Shown here: in pieces, positions 9,001-17,869 of the stretch
Numbering within the stretch: position 1 is the first letter of the stretch
Layout of the letters: every line of letters begins with the position of its first letter
Assembly: GCA_036679605.1 (NCBI GenBank)
Contig: JAZDCZ010000386.1
Span: 1-64,000, forward strand
Source of the DNA: Gemmatimonadota bacterium
Lineage (GTDB): Bacteria > Gemmatimonadota > Gemmatimonadetes > Gemmatimonadales > GWC2-71-9
Direction: 5' to 3'
Length of the DNA: 64,000 bases
Translations under genes and position numbers: made by a program
The notes under the pieces: generated by a model
The model's input: only the letters and a program-made list of their open reading frames with translations
The model's database searches: none
What the model was told of the DNA's origin: nothing

Positions 9001-9498
9001 ATGACGGGAGTTGGCGTAATCAGCCTTGCCGGCATAGTCGTTAACAATGCGATCGTACTGATCGATTACATCGAAACCCTGAGACACAGAGACGGATTGA
9101 GCCGCCGCGAGGCTTTGATCCAGGCTGGACTCACTCGTTTTCGACCTGTGATTCTGACGGCAGTAACTACCGTGCTTGGACTCGTTCCTCTGGCAATCGG
9201 CCTCAACTTCGATTTCATGGGACTCTACACGAGTCTAAGTCCCGACCCATACTGGGGCGGAGACCAAGCAGCATGGTGGGGGCCGATGGCGATATCCGTC
9301 ATTGCGGGACTCTCGTTCGCAACGTTCCTGACCCTGGTGCTGGTGCCGGTCATGTACTCGCTGTTGGACGATCTGGACGACTTTATCGATCGTCACTTCA
9401 GGCCGTCTCGTGTCGAGAAAAAGAGGTCGAAAATGGCCCGACAGCCTGGAGAAGCGCCGTCTAAGGAGCGGCCACTACCCGAGCCAGCTCCCGTATAG
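6052..9498 (+). CDS. RND efflux permease (AcrB/AcrD/AcrF family)
   Basis: GMLVDNGIVVVEN, GIVVNNAIVLID and RFRPVILT motifs. ATG at 6052 follows the MFP stop. Confidence 0.95.
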   Translation: MAVHVERGEFKEFWLTSLAVDHPTSVLVLAAIIVISGFSAYLAIPRESSPEITVPNIVVNTIYTGVAPKDIETLITRPLEDELNTIADVKTITSTSIEGYSSINVEFDAGTDMNEALQEVREKVDIAKPDLPGAAEDPGIFEINFSEFPIMQVNISGDYDLVRLRDVAEDLQDRIEQIPSVLEASLAGGLEREVQVDVDLARLKFYDLEFQDVIDAIRDENVTIPGGSIDVGDVKYLVRIPGEFEVPSLISDIVLKARSGQPIYVRDVASVDFGFKERESFARLDRKPVVTLGVSKRSGDNIIETADAVRSAVAEMEGEFPPGTVVKITSDQSDRIRDMVSNLENNIISGLILVVGVLLFVLGVQTASFVGLAIPLSMLLSFSIMQLIGFTMNMVVLFSLILALGMLVDNGIVVVENIYRFREKGFDRTRAAKVGTGEVAVPIIASTATTLAAFAPLAFWPGLIGEFMKFMPLTLIITISSSLFVALVINPVLCALMLNTEETHRANLPPATKKVLIGAAVLALLIGLRLDWFVTVLLTVTVVTMFVVYRHVMHPVGHKFMTSGMPAMLRRYEMVLQWALRHRFVMLAGAAFSFILAIVAFGVFNAGIELFPENIPPSQAFVQIEAPNGTRVEQTDLVADRVEQVVKEVIPAHDIESVVATVGQSAAGGFGGGAGSGGRGTHLATVAVNFIDYQDRSRDVSTVMEEVRQRLELEIAGADISVDFVTPGPPTGKPVTVEIAGEDPTLLKRLGDDVVTLLERSPVFAKLDGLESDMSRGRPELVVDVDREKAALYGLNTRDIGFTVRSAINGTEASKYRDGKDEYDITVRLAKEYRDNLAALADLNVVADGQQIPLSSVATWRVSEGFGGINRKDLNKVVTVSSDVRSGYNGIAVLREVKEDLAEFQRTLPAGYALSYAGQAQDQEESRAFLLGAFFTGVFLIGFILVTQFDSITKPAIILSSVVLSIVGVLIGLMVFRMPFGIIMTGVGVISLAGIVVNNAIVLIDYIETLRHRDGLSRREALIQAGLTRFRPVILTAVTTVLGLVPLAIGLNFDFMGLYTSLSPDPYWGGDQAAWWGPMAISVIAGLSFATFLTLVLVPVMYSLLDDLDDFIDRHFRPSRVEKKRSKMARQPGEAPSKERPLPEPAPV

Positions 9499-10296
9499 GT
9501 CGGCGCGGCGGTCACGCCAGAACAGCGTTCGCGCATGAGACGTCGCGCAGGCCGAGAGGTCGATATCGGTCACGACCAGGTCATCCTTCAAAGCTGGGCC
9601 ACGTGCTATGACCCTCCCGTCTGGGCCTACCACGAATGACTCGCCCCCAAACGTTAACCGTTCTTCCTCCCCCACCCTGTTGCACAGCGCCGCAAAGTAC
9701 CCGTTCTGAAAAGCGGCTGTTCTAACTTCTGCTTCGTAGAGTCCATCCGGCCATTCGCCCACCGCACCGGCCTGGGGGATGACGACTAGTTCGGCTCCGG
9801 CGACCCCCAGTGCCCTCATGTACTCTGGGTAGTGTCGGTCGTAGCAAATGGCTACGCCTACTGCACCAAGCTTGGTCTGGTACACCGGTGCACCGCGGTC
9901 GCCGGCATCGTAATATTCCTGCTCGTGGAAGCAGGCGTAGTCCGTTATGTGAACCATTCGTGTAACACCCAGCAACGTCCCGTCTGAATCGAAGACAGGA
10001 GAACTGTCGAACGTGCGGTTCTCGGCGTCTCTCTCGTACATGTTGAAGATTGTTACTAGTTCAAGTTCCTTCGCCTTGGCAGCGATTGCGTCGCTTGTTG
10101 GTCCCGGGATCGTCTCGGCACGATCGCGTGCAGTCGGATCATGCCGGTGCTGCGGGAAAAATCGCTCGATCGCCAATTCCGGAAACGAAATGAGTTCAAC
10201 TCCCAGCTTTTGTGCCTGCACCATGGCATCTAGAGCCCGGGTCAGGTTCGTTTCGCGGTCCAGGCCGGCAGATATTTGCGCTAGGGCGATTCGCAT
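9475..10296 (-). CDS. Carbon-nitrogen hydrolase (nitrilase superfamily; N-carbamoyl amidase-like)
   Basis: FPEL and AICYDRHYPE motifs. The usual RKxH lysine appears as RMVH. Confidence 0.88.
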   Translation of the reverse strand: MRIALAQISAGLDRETNLTRALDAMVQAQKLGVELISFPELAIERFFPQHRHDPTARDRAETIPGPTSDAIAAKAKELELVTIFNMYERDAENRTFDSSPVFDSDGTLLGVTRMVHITDYACFHEQEYYDAGDRGAPVYQTKLGAVGVAICYDRHYPEYMRALGVAGAELVVIPQAGAVGEWPDGLYEAEVRTAAFQNGYFAALCNRVGEEERLTFGGESFVVGPDGRVIARGPALKDDLVVTDIDLSACATSHARTLFWRDRRADLYGSWLG

Positions 10297-10321
10297 GTTC
10301 GTCTCTTATTCTTTCGGTGAG

Positions 10322-12082
10322 TCACCGGCGCTGCAGCCAGGCAAAGAGGCCTTTCCGTCGAGGAGCCGTTGTTGGGGTCAACGCCGCTGCAAAAGACTCG
10401 GCCGATTCGTGACGGCGTTCCGGATCGAGTGCAGCACCCTGGGTTAAGGCTTCGGTCAGATAGAGCGGCACATCCGACCGGATATTCGCCAGGTCTGGCA
10501 GCGTTCCCACCGTCTGCCGTGCCAAAACAGAGGTGGTCGACCCGCCGCCAAAAGGTTCGGCTCCCGTTAACGCAAAGTATGCGCACAAAGCGAGAGAATA
10601 CAGATCAGCTCGATGATCCACTTTTCCTCCCAACAGCTGCTCCGGGGCAGCGAACGCGGGAGTTCCCGAGTGAGAGGACGCACCGCCAAAGCGATCAGGT
10701 CGTTTGAGTGCAACTGCAAGTCCGAAATCTGCGATCATTGTGTCACCGGTCGAGTCGTGGACCAGAATGTTCTCTGGCTTGAGATCGCGGTGCACTAATC
10801 CGTGTCGGTGTGCATGTTGCAGCCCAGCCAACGCTTCCCGCATCATCCTCAACACTCGGTCTATCGAAACCCGGCCTTCGCGCTCTACGAACTGAGCCAG
10901 GTTGGGTCCGTCCACGTACTCCATGGTGTACCACTGTAGCCCGGCGCGGCCGCCGATATCATATGTGTTGACGATGTACGGGTGCATGATTCGGCCGGCC
11001 AGTTGTGCTTCACGTCTGAAGCGCTCGACGACATCGGGGTCTGCTGTCAGGAAGGGGTGAAGCACCTTGAGGGCGACGTCGCGCTCCAGATCGAGGTCGT
11101 GCACATGATACACGCGGCCGAACCCGCCCGACCCGAGTTCGCCCAGCAGCTCGTATTCGTCTCCCAGTGCTCGCCGCAGCCTCTTCTCCCAAGCCCGGGC
11201 GTCCTCATAGGCGGACCTCGACTGTGGTACCACGGGAAGCTCGGCAGTGGAATCTCCCAAATCGGACGTGAGGTCGTCGCTCATTTCCGCGGCCGAGAAG
11301 TAACGCTCGGAAGGGTCAAACTCGAGCGCTCGCATGATCACGCGGTCCAAAGCCACGGGTGATGCTGCACGCAGTTCGCTTGGCGTTTTCAACTTGCAGC
11401 AGTCGGCGGGTGGGACTTGCCCCGTGAGCGCAAAATAGAGCAAGGCACCAGCCGTGTAGATGTCGCTGCGGGGATCACCAGGTGCTCCGCCGCGTATTTC
11501 CGGTGCCACGAATGGCAGCCCGGCGTCATCCCAATCATCGGCCACGTCTATGCAGGGGCTCGCGTACCTCAGATCAGTCACGATGCTTCGCCCTGTGGTC
11601 TCCAGCATTAGCGTGGCCGGTACGATACGGCGAACCGCGATTTGGTTGGAGTGGATGTACTCCAGCAGGCTCGTTAGTGATCGAGCGAGCGCCAACACAC
11701 TCCGGATAGGTCGCGGACTGCGGCTGGCTGCCGTTTCAAGGCTCTCACCTTCGATCCACTTTGCAACGCGGAACGCCCAAGTGTCGCGGTATCCGCCCGA
11801 ATGGACTGCGCGCAGAGCGTAGTGATCCAGACACGCCAAAAGCTCGGTCTCTCGCTCAAACCATCTTCTGCTCTGAGTGTCGGGCTGGAGGTGTACCCGG
11901 AGAACGACCTCGCGTTTCAGAATTGTATCATGCACGACGAAAAGCGCGCGGACGTCCGATGCCGCGACTAGTCGTTTGACCTCGAACTCGTCGGCAAACA
12001 GCAATTTCGCGCGATCGACTAGGTCAGCGGCGTGGACGTCCGGAGAGATGAGCGGCTTTTCGACCCCTGATATGTTCAACAT
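10322..12082 (-). CDS. Tandem Hanks-type Ser/Thr kinase: N-terminal pseudokinase plus C-terminal intact kinase
   Basis: C-domain has GSGGFG, VALK, HRDLKPEN, DFG and APE. N-domain has VVLR, VRRIVPAT, DLR, APE and SDIY. ATG at 12082. Confidence 0.9.
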   Translation of the reverse strand: MLNISGVEKPLISPDVHAADLVDRAKLLFADEFEVKRLVAASDVRALFVVHDTILKREVVLRVHLQPDTQSRRWFERETELLACLDHYALRAVHSGGYRDTWAFRVAKWIEGESLETAASRSPRPIRSVLALARSLTSLLEYIHSNQIAVRRIVPATLMLETTGRSIVTDLRYASPCIDVADDWDDAGLPFVAPEIRGGAPGDPRSDIYTAGALLYFALTGQVPPADCCKLKTPSELRAASPVALDRVIMRALEFDPSERYFSAAEMSDDLTSDLGDSTAELPVVPQSRSAYEDARAWEKRLRRALGDEYELLGELGSGGFGRVYHVHDLDLERDVALKVLHPFLTADPDVVERFRREAQLAGRIMHPYIVNTYDIGGRAGLQWYTMEYVDGPNLAQFVEREGRVSIDRVLRMMREALAGLQHAHRHGLVHRDLKPENILVHDSTGDTMIADFGLAVALKRPDRFGGASSHSGTPAFAAPEQLLGGKVDHRADLYSLALCAYFALTGAEPFGGGSTTSVLARQTVGTLPDLANIRSDVPLYLTEALTQGAALDPERRHESAESFAAALTPTTAPRRKGLFAWLQRR

Positions 12083-12198
12083 GTCTGTCGACAATATAGG
12101 ACGGCAGGGGGGTGAGTGGGGCCGGACGAGCCTGGGCAGGCAGCGGGATCGGGCGGGCCCATCTGGCAATAGATGAACGAAGCCATAACTTGTCCTTC

Positions 12199-14247
12199 AT
12201 GCCGTACCTCCGTTTGACCGACCAGCGCACCGGCGAGGCCCTCGAGTTCGACAGCTCAGAAGTCCGGGTCGGCCGCAGCGACCAAGTGGAACTCGCCATC
12301 GTGGGCGAAGGCCGAGAGGTGGTGTCGAGCAACCACTTGAGATTGGTCCACCGCGACGGCGCGTGGTGGATCGAGGATTTGGGCAGTCGTAACGGGACCT
12401 TCGTGAACGACAGGCGTCTCATAGCTGGGGCGGCCGAGAAGATCGAGACAGGAGTTGCATTCCGGTTGGGGACCACCGGTCCCAAGTTCACGGTGGAGGC
12501 CGCCAAGGCACAGCGACTATCGAGCACACTTGGTGAGGTAGCTCCGGTCCGGCCCTCCGCTCCCACGATGAAGATGGCGGGAATGGACGCCCCGGCTCCG
12601 AAGGCCACCCTCCGTCCTGCCGAACTGCACTTGGTGCTCGTGGATGAGGCGGGTGAGTCCTTTGCGGCCACCGGCAATTTGCTCAGGATCGGCCGTGGAG
12701 TGGACTGCGAACTGCGGCCGGTAGGTCCGGGAGACACTTCTATTTCTCGGGTGCATGCTGAGATCGTGCTTGAGGAGGACGGCGGTGTCATAATCAGAGA
12801 TGCCGGCAGCCGCAATGGCACGATCGTAAACGGAAAGGTGATCGACGGCGCGCACGTGCTCAAGCTCGGTGACAGGATAAAGATGGGCGCGGCGGGAGCC
12901 GACCTCGATGTGAGAGAACTGACAGCCCCCGGTCAACCTCCGCGTATTGTGACTGAAGACCCGAAGGTTGCTTCTCCTGGCCCCCCGCCCGCGGCGTCGC
13001 AGCGGAAGTCGCACAGGCCGAGTTGGATGGCAGGAAGTTTCGGGGGCAAGGGCGCCACGGTCTTCTTCCGCGACATGTTCGAGGAGACGACACGCAAGAC
13101 CAAGGTTCGGATGCGGTGGATCATCTGGACTTTTACGATACTTCTTTCGGGCGGTCTAGGCGCTATGTATTGGGTCGGCGAGCAGCGTGTTCGTCGCACG
13201 TCGCGCCAATTGGAGGAGCAAGGTCGCCTGTTGGTGGAGCAGCAGGCAGTGGCCGACTCGTTGCGAAGCGCGGCCTCGGCTGATTACGAGCGCTTGCGGC
13301 TGGAACTGACGAGTGCTCGGGAGGCTGCCGCGCCGGCTGCCGTAGTCGAGAGTCTGAGGACAGCACTGACGGAGGCGCGGGAACGAACCGAGGCGTTGGA
13401 GGCGACCTTGAGCCGCGCCCAACGATCAATGGATCGTCAAATAGCGATGGGCGACTCGATCAGGAGCCAGGCGGAAGCGGAGCTGAATCGCCTCAGAGCC
13501 GAGCTTGGGGGCGCGAGCGGCCGTTCTGAATCATCTGCCCTGTTGGATAGCCTGCGCAAGGCGGTGCAGGATGCGCAGGTGAGAGCGACAAACATCGAGG
13601 CGCAGGTGAGGGCCGTGAAAGGGGTCGATCTCGTATCGGTTTCCCAGGCCAATCAAGGTGCGATTGCGTTGGTGACGACTTACTTCAGCGATGGGATCTT
13701 CGACGGCTCGGGCTTCGCCCTCTCTGGTTCAGGTTATTTCGTTACCAACCGTCATGTGGTAATCGCCGACGGCAAGAGGCCCGACTCGGTCTTTGTGACA
13801 ATGGCCGATCACCGAAGCATGCTGCGAGCACAGGTGATCGCAGTCGCTGCGGCGGGCGGGCCCGATCTAGCCGTGCTCGAGGTGCAAGGCTACAGAGGTC
13901 CGCATGTACTCAAGATCGATTGGACCGGCTCACACATGAGGCAAGGTGAACCAGCAGCGCTGATAGGATTTCCGGCGGGTGTAGCTGCCGCGCTGGACGC
14001 GAGCCAAACCGTGCGTACGTCCATGAGCGCAGGGATCTTCAGCAAGATCACTCCTGAGATGGTCCAGTTCGACGGATTCACGGTTGGAGGATCGAGTGGC
14101 AGTCCCATCTTCAATGCCAGTGGCGAGGTAGTTGCCGTGCATCGAGCCGGGCTCAAGGAAGCTGTTGGGCTGGGGTTCGGAGTGCCCATTGCACAATTGA
14201 TTGCGATTTTGCCGGAGCGCGTGAAAGCTGAGTTAGGGCTTAGGTAG
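12199..14247 (+). CDS. FHA-FHA-TM-coiled-coil-trypsin-like serine protease
   Basis: Two FHA domains (GR...S-x-x-H...SRNGT), TM WIIWTFTILLSGGLGAMYWV, heptad region, and triad TNRH / DLAVL / GSSGSP. Confidence 0.9.
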   Translation: MPYLRLTDQRTGEALEFDSSEVRVGRSDQVELAIVGEGREVVSSNHLRLVHRDGAWWIEDLGSRNGTFVNDRRLIAGAAEKIETGVAFRLGTTGPKFTVEAAKAQRLSSTLGEVAPVRPSAPTMKMAGMDAPAPKATLRPAELHLVLVDEAGESFAATGNLLRIGRGVDCELRPVGPGDTSISRVHAEIVLEEDGGVIIRDAGSRNGTIVNGKVIDGAHVLKLGDRIKMGAAGADLDVRELTAPGQPPRIVTEDPKVASPGPPPAASQRKSHRPSWMAGSFGGKGATVFFRDMFEETTRKTKVRMRWIIWTFTILLSGGLGAMYWVGEQRVRRTSRQLEEQGRLLVEQQAVADSLRSAASADYERLRLELTSAREAAAPAAVVESLRTALTEARERTEALEATLSRAQRSMDRQIAMGDSIRSQAEAELNRLRAELGGASGRSESSALLDSLRKAVQDAQVRATNIEAQVRAVKGVDLVSVSQANQGAIALVTTYFSDGIFDGSGFALSGSGYFVTNRHVVIADGKRPDSVFVTMADHRSMLRAQVIAVAAAGGPDLAVLEVQGYRGPHVLKIDWTGSHMRQGEPAALIGFPAGVAAALDASQTVRTSMSAGIFSKITPEMVQFDGFTVGGSSGSPIFNASGEVVAVHRAGLKEAVGLGFGVPIAQLIAILPERVKAELGLR

Positions 14248-14251
14248 AGAC

Positions 14252-14443
14252 TTGGCGGGTCTCTTTGGGACACAGCGCTGGCGTGCCATGCGTACCGATT
14301 GGCGGACGTACGGTTGGAAAGGCATGTTCCGGCGCAAGGGCTGGCGCTTTGTATTGCTGGTGATTGCAGCGTATCTCATTCGTGATTTATTTCTCTACGT
14401 GTTGTTACCTCTGCTGGTCTATTTTGGTTTCTTGAAAGGTTGA
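14252..14443 (+). CDS. Small basic membrane protein
   Basis: Basic N-terminus then hydrophobic FVLLVIAAYLIRDLFLYVLLPLLVYFG. Starts 4 nt after the protease stop; alternative ATG at 14288. Confidence 0.55.
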   Translation: MAGLFGTQRWRAMRTDWRTYGWKGMFRRKGWRFVLLVIAAYLIRDLFLYVLLPLLVYFGFLKG

Positions 14444-14453
14444 AGCCACTCCA

Positions 14454-15299
14454 TTACGCCTGCGGGTCCAACGCGTCCTTGGCGCCGTCCGACAACAGGT
14501 TGCATCCGATCACCGCCAGCACGACAGCTATCCCGGGTGCGATCGCGACCCATGGGGCGTTGATGAGCGCCACGCGTCCGCCGGCTATCAGGTTGCCCCA
14601 TGATGGTGCCGGAGGAGGCACGCCGAGTCCGAGGAAGGCAAGGCCGGCCTCCAGCATTATTGCGTTTCCTACGCCCAGTGCTGCGGCTACGAATACGGGC
14701 GTAAGAGCGTTGGGCAGAAGATGACGAGTCAGGAGACGAACGTGTGAAATGCCGGACGCGCGGGCCGCCTCTACGAACGGGCGCCCGATTAATCCTTTGA
14801 CTTCGGCACGCACCAAGCGTGCTAGACCCATCCACCCAGTGAGGCCCAACACCACCACGACCAATATCAAACTCGATTCCCACACGGCCACCAGGGCTAG
14901 GAGCAGTACCAATCGTGGCATGGCAAGTACCGCGTCAGTAAACCCCATGAGTATCCGTTCGATTGATCCGCCGATATAGGCTGCAATGGTACCGACGGCG
15001 GTACCAAACAGAACAGAGATCGCTACCGATAGGAACCCGACGGCGAGCGATATGCGTGCGCCGTAGATTAGGCGCGAGAGAAGGTCTCGTCCGAATCTGT
15101 CGGTGCCCAACCAATGTGTGATTCCGTCGGGACCGGTGGTGAGCGGCGTCATAAACCGAGTCAACAGAACGTCGTGTTGCGCCGTCGGATCTGTGGGCGC
15201 GATGAGCGGCGCAAAGATCGCCACCGCTGTGAGCGCGGCTAGTATCGCGAGGCCGGTGGCTGAGCGGCCGTCTCGGAGCAACGCCTTGAGGCTATGCAC
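14454..15299 (-). CDS. Dpp/Opp-type ABC permease (DppC-like)
   Basis: HWLGTDRFGRD, EAA motif FVEAARASG, HLLPN and PPAPSWG. GTG at 15299. Confidence 0.93.
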   Translation of the reverse strand: MHSLKALLRDGRSATGLAILAALTAVAIFAPLIAPTDPTAQHDVLLTRFMTPLTTGPDGITHWLGTDRFGRDLLSRLIYGARISLAVGFLSVAISVLFGTAVGTIAAYIGGSIERILMGFTDAVLAMPRLVLLLALVAVWESSLILVVVVLGLTGWMGLARLVRAEVKGLIGRPFVEAARASGISHVRLLTRHLLPNALTPVFVAAALGVGNAIMLEAGLAFLGLGVPPPAPSWGNLIAGGRVALINAPWVAIAPGIAVVLAVIGCNLLSDGAKDALDPQA

Positions 15300-16293
15300 G
15301 ATGGTCGCCGCGTGCGATCCGAGGATCCACAACCCCGTACAAGACGTCGGCCAAGAGATTGCCGAGCACGACCAATGTGGCAAATATTGCTGTTGTGGCC
15401 ATTACGATTGGATAGTCGCGCGCGCCGACGGCGTTGACCATGACACGGCCCATACCCGGCCAAGCGAATATCACCTCGACGAAGACGGTTCCGGAAAACA
15501 GGGCGGGCAACGAGAGCCCTAGGAGCGTGATGACCGGAAGCAGTGCGTTTCTGAAAACGTGGCCCAGTTCGACCGCCATCGGGGGAATGCCTTTGGCTCG
15601 AGCCGTGCGCACGAAGGGCAGTCTACGCGCGTCGATAACTGCGCCTCGCACGTATCGCGCTGTGCCGGCCATTCCAATCATGCCCAACGTGCTGAGTGGT
15701 AGCACGAGGTGTCTCAGCCGATCCGAGAACTGCTCGCTCGCACTCATGAACTCTGCGTCCAGCGAAGAGGCACCGAGCGCCGGGAACTGCAGCCACGCGG
15801 GCCAGCCATAACGGGCCGCGGCGTAGGAGAACACCAGCACCAGCATGATTGCGAGCCAGTATGACGGCATTCCGTATATTACGAGCGTGGAGACCGTGAG
15901 TCCTGTGTCTACGGCGGTGCGGCTACGGATAGCTTGAATGCCGCCAACGATGATGCCGCCGACGTAGCTTATCAACAGAGAGGCGGCTGAAAGAAGTAGC
16001 GTGTGCGGCAGTGCTGCGCCGATGATTTGCACGACGGGGCGTTGCTGAGCCACACTAATTCCCCAGTTACCGCGAGCAAAGTTGCCGAGCCAAGATAAAT
16101 AACGAACGATGAACGGACGGTCGAGCCCAAGAACGCTACGAGCTGCGTCCAATTCGGCGTTGCCCGCTGCTGGCCCGACCCAAAGGCGGGCGGGGTCGCC
16201 CGGTGCTATGTTGACGAGAACGAATGTGATCGATACTACGACCAAGACGATCCCTAATCCGACGGCGAAGCGGCGCGCAACCCAGCGAATCAT
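15292..16293 (-). CDS. Dpp/Opp-type ABC permease (DppB-like)
   Basis: APGDPA, FVRTARAKG, HVFRNALLP, FAWPGMG and RDYP. Confidence 0.93.
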   Translation of the reverse strand: MIRWVARRFAVGLGIVLVVVSITFVLVNIAPGDPARLWVGPAAGNAELDAARSVLGLDRPFIVRYLSWLGNFARGNWGISVAQQRPVVQIIGAALPHTLLLSAASLLISYVGGIIVGGIQAIRSRTAVDTGLTVSTLVIYGMPSYWLAIMLVLVFSYAAARYGWPAWLQFPALGASSLDAEFMSASEQFSDRLRHLVLPLSTLGMIGMAGTARYVRGAVIDARRLPFVRTARAKGIPPMAVELGHVFRNALLPVITLLGLSLPALFSGTVFVEVIFAWPGMGRVMVNAVGARDYPIVMATTAIFATLVVLGNLLADVLYGVVDPRIARGDHRA

Positions 16294-16302
16294 AGGGTAC
16301 TA

Positions 16303-17869
16303 TTGCCCTCGGTGCATCCTAATTGTCGCTGGCCTGCTATCATGTGTGGCTGAGCCATCAGCTCGTCGAGCCGACACTGTAGTGTACGCATCTGGTGCCG
16401 ATCTCCAGTCGATCAATCCCCTGATAACTGTGCACCCCCTGGCCAAGGCCGTCCAGAAACACGTGCTGTTTCTTACGCTCGCATCGTACGATAGCACTTT
16501 TTTGCCGGTTCCACGTTTGGCTCGATGGAACTGGAATGCAAGCCGAACACGTCTGACGTTCAATCTGCGTTCGGATGTCATGTGGCACGATGGAGTTCCG
16601 ACACGCGCAGCGGATGTCGTCTGGACGTTGGAGATGGCTCGTGAACCTGCCGTGGCATATCCCAGGGCAAGCGATCTTGCCGCCATCCTGACGGTTCGGC
16701 AGGTCGATTCACTTACCGTGTCGATCCAGTTTGAACGATCCCAGCCCAATTTTCCAGACGTATTCACCGACCTCGCGATTCTGCCGGCACATCGATTCGA
16801 GAGTGTTCCCCCCCAGGATGTTCGAGTTGCAGAGTTCAACAGGCAACCTGTTGGGAATGGTCCGTTCCAGTTCGTCGAGCACCGCCCCAATGAAAGATGG
16901 ACATTTCGGCGATCCGATACCTTCCCTCCCGATATGGGCAGGCCGGAGTTCAAACGATTCGTCGTCGTCGTCGTTGACGAGGCCGTCACGAAGCTTGCAG
17001 CGCTCACGTCCGGTGAGCTGGACTTTGCCGGAATAAGTCCGGCCCATGCGGACTTCGTGCGGAAGGACGAGCGTCTGCAGGTGATCGACTACCCGCTCCA
17101 GCTTGCGAACGCGATAGTGTGGAACCTGAGAAGGGCGCCGTTCGACGACATCAGAGTTCGTCGTGCCCTGTCGATGGCCCTCGATCGCCAGGGACTTGTA
17201 GACGCACACGTCTATGGCTTTGGGAGTGTCGCAGACGGTCCCGTAGCGCCGGAGCACCCGTGGTACGCGGAAGTCGAACGGGTGCCGTACGATGTCGCGG
17301 GGGCGAAGCAGCTTCTGCGAGACGCAGGGTGGAACGCTGGTTCCGACGGCACTCTTGTCAAGAACGGGAGACGGCTGGCATTCGATTTGTTGACAGTCGC
17401 GAACGGGGATGTCCCGCTCGAAGAGATGATTCAGGCACAGCTGAAGGACATCGGCGTGGAGGTGAGGATCCGACAGTTCGAACTGGCGAGCTTTCTGGCG
17501 CTGGTCCAATCCAACGAGCGCGATTTCGATGCTTTGGTAACCGGTATTCCGGGTAACCTATCGCTCGGGTTTGTCGCCGCGATGTTCGGTAGTACAAATC
17601 CGGGACCGCTGGCATACCCAGGGTATGTAAATGCAGCATCCGACGCGGCCCTGAACCGGACGCGCATGGCTGAAACGGAGGCCGACTTGAAGCGGGCGTG
17701 GGGTGAAGTCCAAAGAATCCTCGCAAGCGATCATCCAACCACATGGCTCTACCATTCCCGCGGGCTGCAAGGAGGAAATCGGAGAATAGCAAACGCAGAA
17801 ATAGATTTCCGCGGAGAGTTAGCCGCCATTTCTGAGTGGCGTATCCTGTCGGGTGAGAAGTCTCGGTGA
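16303..17869 (+). CDS. Family 5 ABC substrate-binding lipoprotein (DppA-like); start codon uncertain
   Basis: LRSDVMWHDG, PVGNGPF and PFDDIRVRRAL motifs; lipobox LLSC. No in-frame canonical start lies between the dppB start and the lipobox. Confidence 0.88.

Noticed and set aside
12024..12863. Long antisense ORFs (also 16709-17509, 32312-33022, 61536-62279 and others)
   Set aside because: They shadow well-supported genes in GC-rich DNA and show no recognisable motifs.
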